From Treponema sp. (GTDB taxonomy: Bacteria; Spirochaetota; Spirochaetia; Treponematales; Treponemataceae), in assembly GCA_024402695.1 (NCBI GenBank), contig JAKSTG010000015.1:4142-68141 (forward strand): a stretch of 64,000 bases of DNA. The letters run 5' to 3'. The position numbers and the translations under genes are program-made. Below the pieces are notes generated by a model, which did no database searches, was not told where the DNA came from, and saw only the letters and a list, made by a program, of their open reading frames with translations. Shown piece by piece: positions 18,412-28,124 of the stretch. How positions within the stretch are numbered: position 1 is the stretch's first letter; each line of letters begins with the position of its first letter.

Positions 18412-18445
18412 CAACGTGTGGAAACCATAGGATTAAAGTAGTAAA

Positions 18446-21400
18446 ATGTTCTTTATGAGAAAAGTTTATTTTGTTTTATCATGGTTAATTTTGTTTTCAT
18501 CGTTATTTTGTATTTCTTCATGCAAAAAAGAAGTCGAAAATAACCAGCAGGCTGTTGAAGCTCCAGCTCCATCTACAAAATCGGAAGATCCGGAATATAT
18601 TGAAAATGCCGAATATGTGAATTCCATTGCCGGAATAGAAGGTTTGGAATTCGTTACTCTCGGAAAAGTTTCTGAAGGCGCATTTGGGCTAGATTATACT
18701 CCTCTTGTTCCTGAGCCTCAGAAAGAAGCAGGAAAAATTAATATGTCGGCAGGGACATCCAGCGGAAGCGGTGCTGGTCTTCCTGACGAATCTGTTATTC
18801 CAGGTTTAAGAAAACTGGAAGATTATAAAACTCTTTACTATAAAGAAAAGCTTGTCCTTTCAAATAAAGCAAATCCTGCGGAATCAGAAAAACTTGATCC
18901 GTCAAAAGCTCCTAAAGAACCTTTTACTGTTACAGATTGGGGCCCACAGGGAAAACTTCCTGCAGATGTAAGATGTCCTTCTTTTTATGTTCTCTTTTCA
19001 GAACCTGTAGTTCCTCTTAAGGCTTTGGACGCACCTGCTTCGGAAAATGAATTCATGAAGATTACACCTCCGTTGAAAGGTGTGTTCCGCTGGTATGGTT
19101 CAAGCCTTCTGAGTTTTGATGCAACAGAACCTGCAAATCCTCTTGAAACTTATACAATTACCCTGTCGGATAAAACAACTTCTCTTTACGGAAAGAAACT
19201 TACAGGCGATAAATCTTTTTCAACTGAAGCTGAATCTTTGAAAGTTGATGTATTCTATCCGGGAGAAAATTTTTCTCGCCAGAATCATATTTGGTTCGAC
19301 AATGATGATGTTCCTTTCGAAGCTGCAAAGGAATGTAAGGTCAGATTTAACTATGCAGTAAAAGCAAATGATATTCAGAAGCTTTCTACTGTTTCGGTTT
19401 ATGGAAAGAACAGATCCTTCTCTGTGGAACAGGTGACAGATGATTCTGTTCTGTACAAGATTGATTTCCCTTCAGAAAAAATTGATGACGGAAAAGTTGA
19501 AATTGAAATAAAGCAGCCGGGATCTGATAAATATCCTATGAGAGTGCTTTACTATACACTTCAGCCTTTCGCTGCAAAGAGCTGCAAGGAAGGAGATACT
19601 TACGGCAATAAATCAAATCCTGTATTCATCAGATTTTCTCATCAGGTGGATGAGAACTCTGTTCTTGGAAATCTGGTTCTGTCTCCTGAACTGCCAGTCA
19701 CAAAGGACAATATCAGCGTTCAGGGAATGTCTATTGAACTTTACAATCTTCCTGTTGAATTCGGAAAGAGTTATAGAATTGAACTTAAAGACGGAATAAA
19801 GGATATTTACGGACGTAAACTTTATGCAGGAAATGCATTCTCCTTTACAATTCCAGAAGCTGCAAGCACTGTGAATTTCAATAATTCCGGAATAAAAATC
19901 CTTGAAGCAAAGTTCCCTCACAAAATGGTATTTGATTACCAGAATGTTCGCGATGGTTCAACCTATACTTTGGCAAGAACAAAGACTCCTTTGAGCTACA
20001 AGAAGACTGCAATCCTGGACGGAAGTGAAATTGTGAAGGCTCTGGATACAGAGACAAGAAACCAGAGACTTCTTGAAGTTGTAGAAATGGATCCTCTTCT
20101 TGAAAATGGAAAGGGATGGGTTTCTTTTGATTCAGAAGTAAGACTCTGGAACCGTTACAGAAATACAGAATATAAAGATTACAATCATACTACTGTTCAG
20201 GTAACTGACCTTGGTGTAACTGTCCGCTATGGAATTAACAAGGTAGTAGCTTTTGTTACAAGACTGAGCGACGGAACTCCAGTGAAGGATGCAGAGGTTT
20301 ACTGGTACGAAGGATATAACAATACTTTTGATCCGGACCAGATAAAAGAATTTGCCTCAGCCCATGGAACTACAGGAGAGAATGGTCTTGCTGTTATTCC
20401 TACTGATACGAAAGTAACTTATTCAAATCCTTGTGTTCTTGTAACGACAGAAGATGATGCCGTTACTTTTTCTCCATCTGGACACAGCCCTTGGAGAAAC
20501 GGAATTTATAACACCGGTTCATACAGAAATGCGGCAACTTCGGAAGCCGTTACTTTCATGTTTAGCGACAGAGGTCTTTATAAACCGAGCGAAACAGTTT
20601 CCTTCCGCGGAATTGAAAGAAATCTTAATTTGGGAAGATATTTCCCATGGACAGGTTCTTATATAATTGAACTTAAAGAAGACAAATGGTACAGACCTAA
20701 GGTGATTTCAACACTTACTGGAAGAACTTCAAGTTCCGGCGGATTCTCGGGTAAATTTGAGATTCCTTCAGACCTGGAACCTGGAAACTATAAAATTGCC
20801 TTCAGACGCCAGGATGTAAATGCTGAGCGCAGCATCACAATCAATGTTGCTTATTTCGAAAGACTTAAGTTCCAGTCATCGATTGCTATTCCAAAAGTTC
20901 CTGTAACAGCAGGAGATACTCTTCAGGGAACTCTGAGTGCCTCTTACCTGGCTGGGGGAGCTCTTTCGGGAGCTTCATATTCTTCTTCATGGATTCGTGA
21001 ACCATGGTATTTCACATCAGATGATTCGGAACTGAAGAACTTCAGATTCGGTCCTATAGATTCAAACGGCGGAAGAAATTACATAAGTGATGATTCCGGA
21101 GTTCTTTCGGCCAATGGTGAAGCCAAGCTTTCTGTAACTGCAGAAGCGGGAGAACTTAAAGGCGTTCCTTACAGATACAGAGTTTCTGCAGAAGTTACTG
21201 ATGTTTCGAATATGAGTATTTCTGCTCAGGCTTCCGCTGTTGTTCATCCTGCTTTGTATTATCTTGGACTTGCAAAAGGTGCCGGAACAAAAGGCTGGGC
21301 AAAAGCCGGACAGAAACAGGACTTCATCTTCAAGATGGCTGATCTGGAAGGAGTTGCTGTAAAACGTGCAGAAAATCCAGACAAGCTTGTAAAAAATCTT

Positions 21401-24400
21401 ACGGGCGAAAACAATGTTCTTAAAGTAACTTTGAGCCGCGATGTATGGAACCTTGTAAAACAGAATGGTGTATACGGCGGTATTTATACCCGTTATGAAA
21501 AAACAACTGAAGTTGAAGAAACAAAGAAAGTTTATATTGCTGCCGAAGGAAAGGTTTCTGTAACTCCTTCAAAGGTCGGCTACTATACTCTTACTGTGGA
21601 AGGAAGCGATGCAAAGGGAAGACCTGTTCTTTCAGAAATCCGTTTCTTTGCTACCGGTAAAGGAAACTATCTTTGGAACCAGGAAGACGCAACTTCAATC
21701 AGACTGACTCCTGACAAAAATAAATATAATCCTGGAGAAATGGCTCATATCCTTATGGAAAGTACTCTTCCTAGCGGTGACTATCTTGTTACTGTTGAAC
21801 GCGAAGGAATCTTTACAGAAGAGATAAAACATTTTGATGACGGAATTTCAGTTCTGGATATTCCTGTTGCCAGAGGTTATGTACCTGTAGTTTATGTATC
21901 CGTTTCTTCTTACTCAGTTCGTGCCGGTGAACCTGTTCATAAATACGGCGAAGTGGACCTTGATAAACCAAAAGGTTATTACGGAGTAACAGAACTTTTT
22001 GTTGATCCTTACGTTAAGGCCTTCAGCATTGACGTTAAGTCTGCAAAGACTGCATATCGTCCTGGAGAAGAAGCCTCTGTTACACTTACTGCTACTCGTG
22101 GTGGGGAACCGCTGGCAAATGCAGAGATTACTCTTATGGCAGTTGACCGTGGTGTTCTTGATCTGATTGATTACCATGTTCCGAACCCAATCGACTTCTT
22201 CTACAACCATAACAAATTCCCGCTTCGCGTATACGGAGGCGACAGCCGTCAGTATCTTATGGACCCTGTAACTTATGAAGTTAAGAATCTTCAGGGTGGT
22301 GACGAGGGCGATGATAAGCTTCAGGAAAGAAGTGATTTCAATCCTACAGCTGTATTTATTCCAGTTTTGATGACAGATGAAAATGGACAGGTAACTGCCA
22401 ATTTCAAACTGCCAGACACTTTAACCACTTACCGTGTAACTGCCTTCGGTGTTTACGGTGATATGCTGGCACTGAGAGAAGATGAAATCGGTGTAAGAAA
22501 TCCTGTAAATGTTCAGCAGGTTCTTCCTAGAAGACTCCGTGAAAGAGATACTTCAGAAGTAGGGGTTCTTCTTACAAACCTGGACGGAGTTCCTCACGAG
22601 ATGACAGTAAGTCTTGAAATGAAGACTCCTGAAAAGAAAGACATTGTCGTTAAGAACGGAGTGGCGGGAGTTCCGGGAAAAGCCTTTGTGGATGGACCTG
22701 CTTCTCATAAAGTCACTGTTCAGCCTGGACAGAATATCACAGTTTACTTTGATGCTTCTGCAACAAAGGCAGGTATTGTAAACGCAGTATTTGAGATTAC
22801 AAGTGATATTGTAAATGAAAGACTGGTATGTCCTTTGACGATTGAAAAGCCATATCTGTACGAAACCTTTACTTCTATGGGAACTCTTACAGAAGACGAA
22901 AAATCGGGAAATGAAGGAATCATAATTCCTGAGTCTGTAGATAATATGGGGTCTCTTACAGTAACTTTGGATGCAACAAGACTTGGAACTCTTGCTGAAT
23001 CAGTAAACTATGTTTTCGGATATCCATACGGATGTCTTGAACAGCAGAGCGCAAAGGTTCTTCCTCTGATTATTTTTGAAGATTACATCGATGTCTTCGG
23101 ACTCGAAAAAGATGCTTCGATCAAGAATGTGAGAGAACTGGTTAAATCTTATCTTAAAGATTGGAGCAGATCTCAGCTGGGTAACGGAGGCTTCCCTTAC
23201 TGGCCGAGCGAAACAAGATATGATTCCTTCTTCGTTTCTTTAAGAATTGCAAACATCTGTGCTCTTGCAAAGGAAAGAGGTTATACCAATTCAGAAATCT
23301 CAATAAACGTTTCTCTTCTTTTGAATTATCTTGAAAAGTACATAAAGAAGAATGAACGTTATGTTTCTGATCTTGATAAGGCCTATTATAACTATATTCG
23401 TGCAATGTTCGAAATGCCTGTTTCAAAATCCGTTCTTGAAGGACAGCTGGCCGCAAGCAAAGATGTTTCAGTAACTGCACTTACCGGTCTGACTGCAATC
23501 AAGATTCCAAGCATGGAATCGGAACTGGCAGAAAAATGCCGCACAAATATCAGAAGCTTCATGAGGCCTGGAACCCGTGGTGTGGATATTTCGCAGAACG
23601 GTTCAGGTTACAGCTGGTGGTACAACACTGATTCTGACCGTAAGGCTCTGGCACTTCAGTTCCTTGTTCAGATGAATAAAGATGATGAAATAGTAACACG
23701 CCTTATCTGGTCTCTGCTTCAGGAACAGAAAGCTGGTTACTGGGCTAGTACTGCAACAACAGCAAGAGTTCTGGAATCAATGTATACGGTAATTAAGGTT
23801 TCAGATCTTGATAATTTGAATCAGAAAGCAACTGCAAGAATAAACGGAGCAGAACTTGCCGCCGGAACTTTTGCAGGTCCTGCAGCAAAACCTGTTACCC
23901 AGGTTATTCCGTTGAAAGATCCAAGACTTTCTGAACTGCCAAAAGATAAGCTTTGTTCAATTGATTTTGAAAAAGAAGGGAACGGAAGTCTTTATTACAC
24001 AACAAGTCTGAAGTACGCAATTCCGTATGAAAATCAGGCAATGCGAGATGAAGGGCTTTCTTTGACCATGACTGTAACTGATGTCCTGACAGGTGAAGAA
24101 ATAAAACCTGAAGGAAACTCAACTCTGATGGAACTTGAAAATGGACGGGTTTATCAGGTGAAGATTAATCTTTCTTCAACTCGTGACAGAACCTTTATTG
24201 CAGTCCGTGCTCCGGTTCCTTCAGGCGCTGAAATCCTTGATGCAACTTTCGTTACAAGTCCAGACGACAGTTATTCTGGAAGTGACTATAACGAGAATAA
24301 CCGTTATGACTGGGGCCGCTGGATGAGTAACCAGAATATTATGGATAATGAAGTTCAGTATTTCTGGGATCAGTTCAGAAAAGGAAGTACAACAGCAACC

Positions 24401-24517
24401 TTTAAGTTCCGTGCCGTTCGTCGCGGGGTATTCCCGGTTCCTCCTGTAACAGGAGAATGTATGTACGAACCTGAAGTATTTGGTCGTACCAGCGGACTTC
24501 TTTATACAATAAAATAA
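18446..24517 (+). CDS. alpha-2-macroglobulin family lipoprotein with thioester site
   Basis: The 2023-aa protein has the lipobox LFCISSC and repeated MG-type domains. The thioester motif is GYPYGCLEQQ. It is followed directly by pbpC, as in the E. coli yfhM-pbpC pair. Confidence 0.92.
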   Translation: MFFMRKVYFVLSWLILFSSLFCISSCKKEVENNQQAVEAPAPSTKSEDPEYIENAEYVNSIAGIEGLEFVTLGKVSEGAFGLDYTPLVPEPQKEAGKINMSAGTSSGSGAGLPDESVIPGLRKLEDYKTLYYKEKLVLSNKANPAESEKLDPSKAPKEPFTVTDWGPQGKLPADVRCPSFYVLFSEPVVPLKALDAPASENEFMKITPPLKGVFRWYGSSLLSFDATEPANPLETYTITLSDKTTSLYGKKLTGDKSFSTEAESLKVDVFYPGENFSRQNHIWFDNDDVPFEAAKECKVRFNYAVKANDIQKLSTVSVYGKNRSFSVEQVTDDSVLYKIDFPSEKIDDGKVEIEIKQPGSDKYPMRVLYYTLQPFAAKSCKEGDTYGNKSNPVFIRFSHQVDENSVLGNLVLSPELPVTKDNISVQGMSIELYNLPVEFGKSYRIELKDGIKDIYGRKLYAGNAFSFTIPEAASTVNFNNSGIKILEAKFPHKMVFDYQNVRDGSTYTLARTKTPLSYKKTAILDGSEIVKALDTETRNQRLLEVVEMDPLLENGKGWVSFDSEVRLWNRYRNTEYKDYNHTTVQVTDLGVTVRYGINKVVAFVTRLSDGTPVKDAEVYWYEGYNNTFDPDQIKEFASAHGTTGENGLAVIPTDTKVTYSNPCVLVTTEDDAVTFSPSGHSPWRNGIYNTGSYRNAATSEAVTFMFSDRGLYKPSETVSFRGIERNLNLGRYFPWTGSYIIELKEDKWYRPKVISTLTGRTSSSGGFSGKFEIPSDLEPGNYKIAFRRQDVNAERSITINVAYFERLKFQSSIAIPKVPVTAGDTLQGTLSASYLAGGALSGASYSSSWIREPWYFTSDDSELKNFRFGPIDSNGGRNYISDDSGVLSANGEAKLSVTAEAGELKGVPYRYRVSAEVTDVSNMSISAQASAVVHPALYYLGLAKGAGTKGWAKAGQKQDFIFKMADLEGVAVKRAENPDKLVKNLTGENNVLKVTLSRDVWNLVKQNGVYGGIYTRYEKTTEVEETKKVYIAAEGKVSVTPSKVGYYTLTVEGSDAKGRPVLSEIRFFATGKGNYLWNQEDATSIRLTPDKNKYNPGEMAHILMESTLPSGDYLVTVEREGIFTEEIKHFDDGISVLDIPVARGYVPVVYVSVSSYSVRAGEPVHKYGEVDLDKPKGYYGVTELFVDPYVKAFSIDVKSAKTAYRPGEEASVTLTATRGGEPLANAEITLMAVDRGVLDLIDYHVPNPIDFFYNHNKFPLRVYGGDSRQYLMDPVTYEVKNLQGGDEGDDKLQERSDFNPTAVFIPVLMTDENGQVTANFKLPDTLTTYRVTAFGVYGDMLALREDEIGVRNPVNVQQVLPRRLRERDTSEVGVLLTNLDGVPHEMTVSLEMKTPEKKDIVVKNGVAGVPGKAFVDGPASHKVTVQPGQNITVYFDASATKAGIVNAVFEITSDIVNERLVCPLTIEKPYLYETFTSMGTLTEDEKSGNEGIIIPESVDNMGSLTVTLDATRLGTLAESVNYVFGYPYGCLEQQSAKVLPLIIFEDYIDVFGLEKDASIKNVRELVKSYLKDWSRSQLGNGGFPYWPSETRYDSFFVSLRIANICALAKERGYTNSEISINVSLLLNYLEKYIKKNERYVSDLDKAYYNYIRAMFEMPVSKSVLEGQLAASKDVSVTALTGLTAIKIPSMESELAEKCRTNIRSFMRPGTRGVDISQNGSGYSWWYNTDSDRKALALQFLVQMNKDDEIVTRLIWSLLQEQKAGYWASTATTARVLESMYTVIKVSDLDNLNQKATARINGAELAAGTFAGPAAKPVTQVIPLKDPRLSELPKDKLCSIDFEKEGNGSLYYTTSLKYAIPYENQAMRDEGLSLTMTVTDVLTGEEIKPEGNSTLMELENGRVYQVKINLSSTRDRTFIAVRAPVPSGAEILDATFVTSPDDSYSGSDYNENNRYDWGRWMSNQNIMDNEVQYFWDQFRKGSTTATFKFRAVRRGVFPVPPVTGECMYEPEVFGRTSGLLYTIK

Positions 24518-24532
24518 ACGGGTTTTCTGAAA

Positions 24533-26641
24533 GTGAAAATTCTTACCAGAAAGTCTGCCATCAGATTTGGTGCTGCAGCAGGAATAATTCTTGCTGCAGT
24601 TCTAGCCCTGATGGCAGTAATCCGTTTCTCGCCTTATACGGCTCTACAGTCCTTCAAGTCTCACAAGATCTCTACAAGAGTTTATGATGTGAACGGAAAT
24701 CTTCTTCAGGTTCTAGCCCTGGAAGAGGGAGTTCGAAGAGAGTTCACTTCTCTGGAAGATATTCCGGAAGCCGTGGCTCAGTCTTTCATTCTTGCGGAGG
24801 ACAAGCGGTTTTTCACTCACAGGGGCGTTGATCTTTCGGCGGTTTTCCGTGCAGCGAAATCCAATGCAGAGGAAGGCCGTACTGTAAGCGGTGCATCAAC
24901 AATTACGATGCAGCTGGCAAGAATCATTTCTCCAAGAAAAAAACGTTCCCTCGGTGCAAAATGCGTGGAGGCCTGGAATGCTCTGCGCCTTGAAAGCCGA
25001 CTTTCGAAAAATGAAATCTTAGAACTATATCTGAATAATGTTCCTTTCGGATTCAATACAGAAGGGGTAACAAGTGCAGCTCGTTATTTCTTTGGTAAAG
25101 AACTGATTTATCTTACACCTGAAGAAATTGAAATCCTTTCTAAGATTCCAAGACGTCCCAAGTCCTGGGAAAGCCTGGCGGGAAATTATGAGTATCCTTA
25201 CGAGATGCCTCATTACATAAACTATCTGAAAAAGGATCCAAAGTCTGGTCTGTTTGAGAAGCCTGAAGTACAGCTTTCCTGTTCCTTTGAGATACAGAAG
25301 ATTGCAGAAGATTTTCTTGCCTCCCGCACGGGTATGTATTCAGAGAACAGACTTACAAACGGGGCAGTTCTTGCTATTGATGTAAAAACCGGAGAAGTTA
25401 TTGTATGGGCAGGAAGTGCTTCCTTTGCCGATGAAGACCATTCCGGTCAGATTGACGGAGTCCTTGTTCCGAATCAGCCGGGCTCAAGTATGAAGCCTTT
25501 CCTGTATGCTCTTGCTTTGGAACGGGGTTTTGAAATGACTTCAGTTCTGCCGGATGTTCCAATGGAGTTCGGTTTTGATGCCCTTTATGTTCCACAGAAT
25601 TTTAACAATCGATATAACGGTCCTGTAAGATTTCGCGTGGCCCTTGCTTCAAGTCTTAATATTCCTGCAGTTTATCTTCTTAATAAAGTTGGACTTGAAG
25701 ACTACAAGGAACGGCTTTATTCCCTCGGGTTTGAATCACTGAAAAATCAGGACCCGGGATTAAGTCTTGCTCTTGGAAGCGGGGAAGTAACGCTTAAGGA
25801 ACTTGTAAGAGCTTTTGCTGTTTTTCCAAGAGATGGCCTTGATTTTGAAGGGCGCAGAATTTATAAAGCGGATACTGCACGACTTGTCTGCAGTATGCTT
25901 TCAGATAAAGATGCCCGTGCATTAGGCTTTGGCTATTCAAAAGTTTTTCAGACTGACTTTGATTCAATGTTCAAAACAGGAACCGCAAACCAGTTCCAGA
26001 ATATTACCGCCCTGGGAGCAAGTTCTCGCTATGCAGTGGGAGTCTGGATGGGAAACTTTTCCGGCGAGACTGTTGTAGGAAAAACAGGAAGTTCCATTCC
26101 TGCCCAGATAGTCCACGATATTCTTGTGATGCTGGAAAATGACGGAAGACCTTCTGAAAGTTTCAGAAAGCCTGAAGTCTTTGAAAAAGTTAAAATCTGT
26201 TCACTTTCCGGAATGGCGGCAGGGGATTCCTGTGGAACAACGGTTTCGGAATATGCAGAAAAATCCTTCGTTAATCAGATGGAAAAATGTACCTGGCACC
26301 GTTCAGGAGAAGTTTTCTATCCGGAAGAATATACAGCCTGGTTTGCTTTGAAGAAAAGACAGGGAAATGTGGATTACGGTAGCGGAAGCCTTAGAATAAC
26401 TTCTCCACGGGAAGGAAGCATTTTCTTCTATGATGATTCTTTTTCGATGGGAAACAGCCAGAATCTTTCGGTTGAAGTTTTTGGCGGTAGTGAAGAAACT
26501 GCTGAACTTTATGTTGACGGAAAGAGTAAAGGGATTTCAGAAAGGCCTTTTGTTTTCAGACTGCCTCTTTCCCGCGGAGAACACCTGATTGAAGTGTTCT
26601 GCGGCGAAGAATCGGACAGTGTTTCATTTACTGTAAATTAG
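24533..26641 (+). CDS. pbpC: penicillin-binding protein 1C (bifunctional GT51 transglycosylase / transpeptidase)
   Basis: GTG start. GT51 motifs EDKRFFTHRGVD and GASTITMQLAR, transpeptidase SxxK (GSSMKPF), and a C-terminal PbpC-type domain. Confidence 0.9.
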   Translation: MKILTRKSAIRFGAAAGIILAAVLALMAVIRFSPYTALQSFKSHKISTRVYDVNGNLLQVLALEEGVRREFTSLEDIPEAVAQSFILAEDKRFFTHRGVDLSAVFRAAKSNAEEGRTVSGASTITMQLARIISPRKKRSLGAKCVEAWNALRLESRLSKNEILELYLNNVPFGFNTEGVTSAARYFFGKELIYLTPEEIEILSKIPRRPKSWESLAGNYEYPYEMPHYINYLKKDPKSGLFEKPEVQLSCSFEIQKIAEDFLASRTGMYSENRLTNGAVLAIDVKTGEVIVWAGSASFADEDHSGQIDGVLVPNQPGSSMKPFLYALALERGFEMTSVLPDVPMEFGFDALYVPQNFNNRYNGPVRFRVALASSLNIPAVYLLNKVGLEDYKERLYSLGFESLKNQDPGLSLALGSGEVTLKELVRAFAVFPRDGLDFEGRRIYKADTARLVCSMLSDKDARALGFGYSKVFQTDFDSMFKTGTANQFQNITALGASSRYAVGVWMGNFSGETVVGKTGSSIPAQIVHDILVMLENDGRPSESFRKPEVFEKVKICSLSGMAAGDSCGTTVSEYAEKSFVNQMEKCTWHRSGEVFYPEEYTAWFALKKRQGNVDYGSGSLRITSPREGSIFFYDDSFSMGNSQNLSVEVFGGSEETAELYVDGKSKGISERPFVFRLPLSRGEHLIEVFCGEESDSVSFTVN

Positions 26642-27636
26642 TTTACAAGATAGCATTCGTAGCCTGCTGAGCGGAGAGCATCTGCAGTTGTTGAATCTTT
26701 AGGATTTACAAAAACAGTGTAGTATACGTTTCCGCTAGGTTTTGTCTGTTTTTCATAATAAGCATCAAATCCTTTTTCTTTTACTTCATCTACAAGATGT
26801 TTTGCATTGTCTGCAGAACTGAAAAGTCCCAGCTGAAGTTTTCCTGAAACTTCTTCAGATTTTTCGGAGCTGTCCTGGACTGTAAGCTTCTTTGCTGTGT
26901 CTGCAGTCTTTGGAGCATCCTTTACGGTTCCTGTTTCTGGAGTTGCTTCTCCGCTTTTTGGAATGAAATACCAGAAAGGAGAAGGCAGCAGCTGTGAATC
27001 ACCTTTTACAATTGAAGCTTCGATGGAATCCGGGAAACGGCTTTTGATTTCTGTTGAATATGAAGTTTCTCCGGTAATGTACCAGAGAGTCAGAAGAACA
27101 GCAGGCTGAACAGATTTCATGGATGTCACACCTGAATAGGCCTTGAGCATGGCTACCGGTTCTTCAAGATCTTCTTTTGTTTCTGCGCGGCAAAGATTGC
27201 TCCATACAGAATAAAGTTTTATGTAACTCTGAATTTTCGGATTCTTTGAGTTGCGGACTGCGGAATTCAGGTAACTGTCTGCACGGCCGTAGTTTCCGCC
27301 GTTTAAGGCGCAGCGCACTGCATCCAGAACCAGCTGTTCATTGGAACGTTCCGGCATTTTTTCGGCATCACCTGCGGCAATTCCTGCTGCAGTTACGTAG
27401 GATTTTTCTGCCAGGTCATAAAGTCCCAGCATTTCCTGAAGGTTTCCAAGGAATGCGTAACAGGCGCGTTTTTCTTCCGGTACTGTCAGTTTTGAGGCTT
27501 CTGTCATAAGATAATCAGCACTTTCATCGGCGCTGGTTTTCTTTGTTGATTCATTTACCAGTTCCCATGCTTTCTTTTCTGCAAACAGGGAGAAAGAGGC
27601 AAGAATCATAATAAGTCCGGCTAATACTTTTTTCAT
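26638..27636 (-). CDS. TPR-like / SPOR domain protein
   Basis: Signal peptide, TPR-like helical half, and a C-terminal SPOR fold (LQLGLFSSADNAKHLVDEVKEKGFDAYY...YTVFV). Confidence 0.8.
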   Translation of the reverse strand: MKKVLAGLIMILASFSLFAEKKAWELVNESTKKTSADESADYLMTEASKLTVPEEKRACYAFLGNLQEMLGLYDLAEKSYVTAAGIAAGDAEKMPERSNEQLVLDAVRCALNGGNYGRADSYLNSAVRNSKNPKIQSYIKLYSVWSNLCRAETKEDLEEPVAMLKAYSGVTSMKSVQPAVLLTLWYITGETSYSTEIKSRFPDSIEASIVKGDSQLLPSPFWYFIPKSGEATPETGTVKDAPKTADTAKKLTVQDSSEKSEEVSGKLQLGLFSSADNAKHLVDEVKEKGFDAYYEKQTKPSGNVYYTVFVNPKDSTTADALRSAGYECYLVN

Positions 27637-27866
27637 AACGATTTAATATCCTTTTTCCTGGAGATAGGTCTGTTGATTTTAATTAGAAGGAGGCAGATCA
27701 GGGTAAAAACTATACCTGCCGCAAAGGCGGAAAGAACAAGAGTTGAAACCGGAAGGTTTTCGAATGTCTTGAAAATCCATAATGTACATTCATGTCCGAT
27801 GTTTTTTCCGATGAAAAATGCAACGAACACTATAAGAAAGATAATAACTATCAGTCCAAAAACCAT
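27633..27866 (-). CDS. LapA-domain small membrane protein
   Basis: The 77-aa protein has two TM helices (DUF1049-like). The ATGA overlap with the SPOR gene indicates coupling. Confidence 0.65.
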   Translation of the reverse strand: MVFGLIVIIFLIVFVAFFIGKNIGHECTLWIFKTFENLPVSTLVLSAFAAGIVFTLICLLLIKINRPISRKKDIKSL

Positions 27867-27947
27867 AAATCACAAACCTCGAGTTTCTTACTTATATTTA
27901 CGGAGGAAACTGACGTGAACTTTATCTCAAAAATCTCTACTTTTTTG

Positions 27948-27976
27948 TTGACATAACGTGGAGAAAATGATATTTT
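27948..27976 (+). promoter_or_regulatory. extended -10 promoter upstream of the ATP-grasp gene
   Basis: TTGACA (27948-27953), 17-nt spacer, TATTTT (27971-27976), preceded by a TGa extended -10 element. Confidence 0.55.
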
Positions 27977-28035
27977 ATACGTAAGCTTGTAAATAAGCTG
28001 ATAAACTCTCTCCGATGTCCAGCTCGACTGGACGG

Positions 28036-28079
28036 CAAGACCCCTGATTGATGTTATCTTTCGGGGGTCTTGTTTATTT
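28036..28079 (+). terminator. intrinsic terminator / attenuator inside the 5' leader of the ATP-grasp gene
   Basis: CAAGACCCC (28036-28044) pairs with GGGGTCTTG (28064-28072), followed by TTTATTT. It lies 45 nt before the ATG at 28125. Confidence 0.5.
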
Positions 28080-28124
28080 AACCTGTTATATTAAGTTTCT
28101 GGACAATCTGATACACTTTTAACT

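Noticed and set aside
18223-18414. ORFs from the track that span REP clusters: 18223-18414(-), 38601-38906(-), 39991-40188(+) and 46834-47076(-). They encode GDRPL/GLSPL-type peptides.
   Set aside because: They are translations of the repeat units in intergenic DNA. They have no RBS and low-complexity products, and they overlap terminators.
26638-26641. A 4-nt convergent overlap of the pbpC stop with the stop of the SPOR/TPR gene.
   Set aside because: This is ordinary compact gene packing, with no associated structure.
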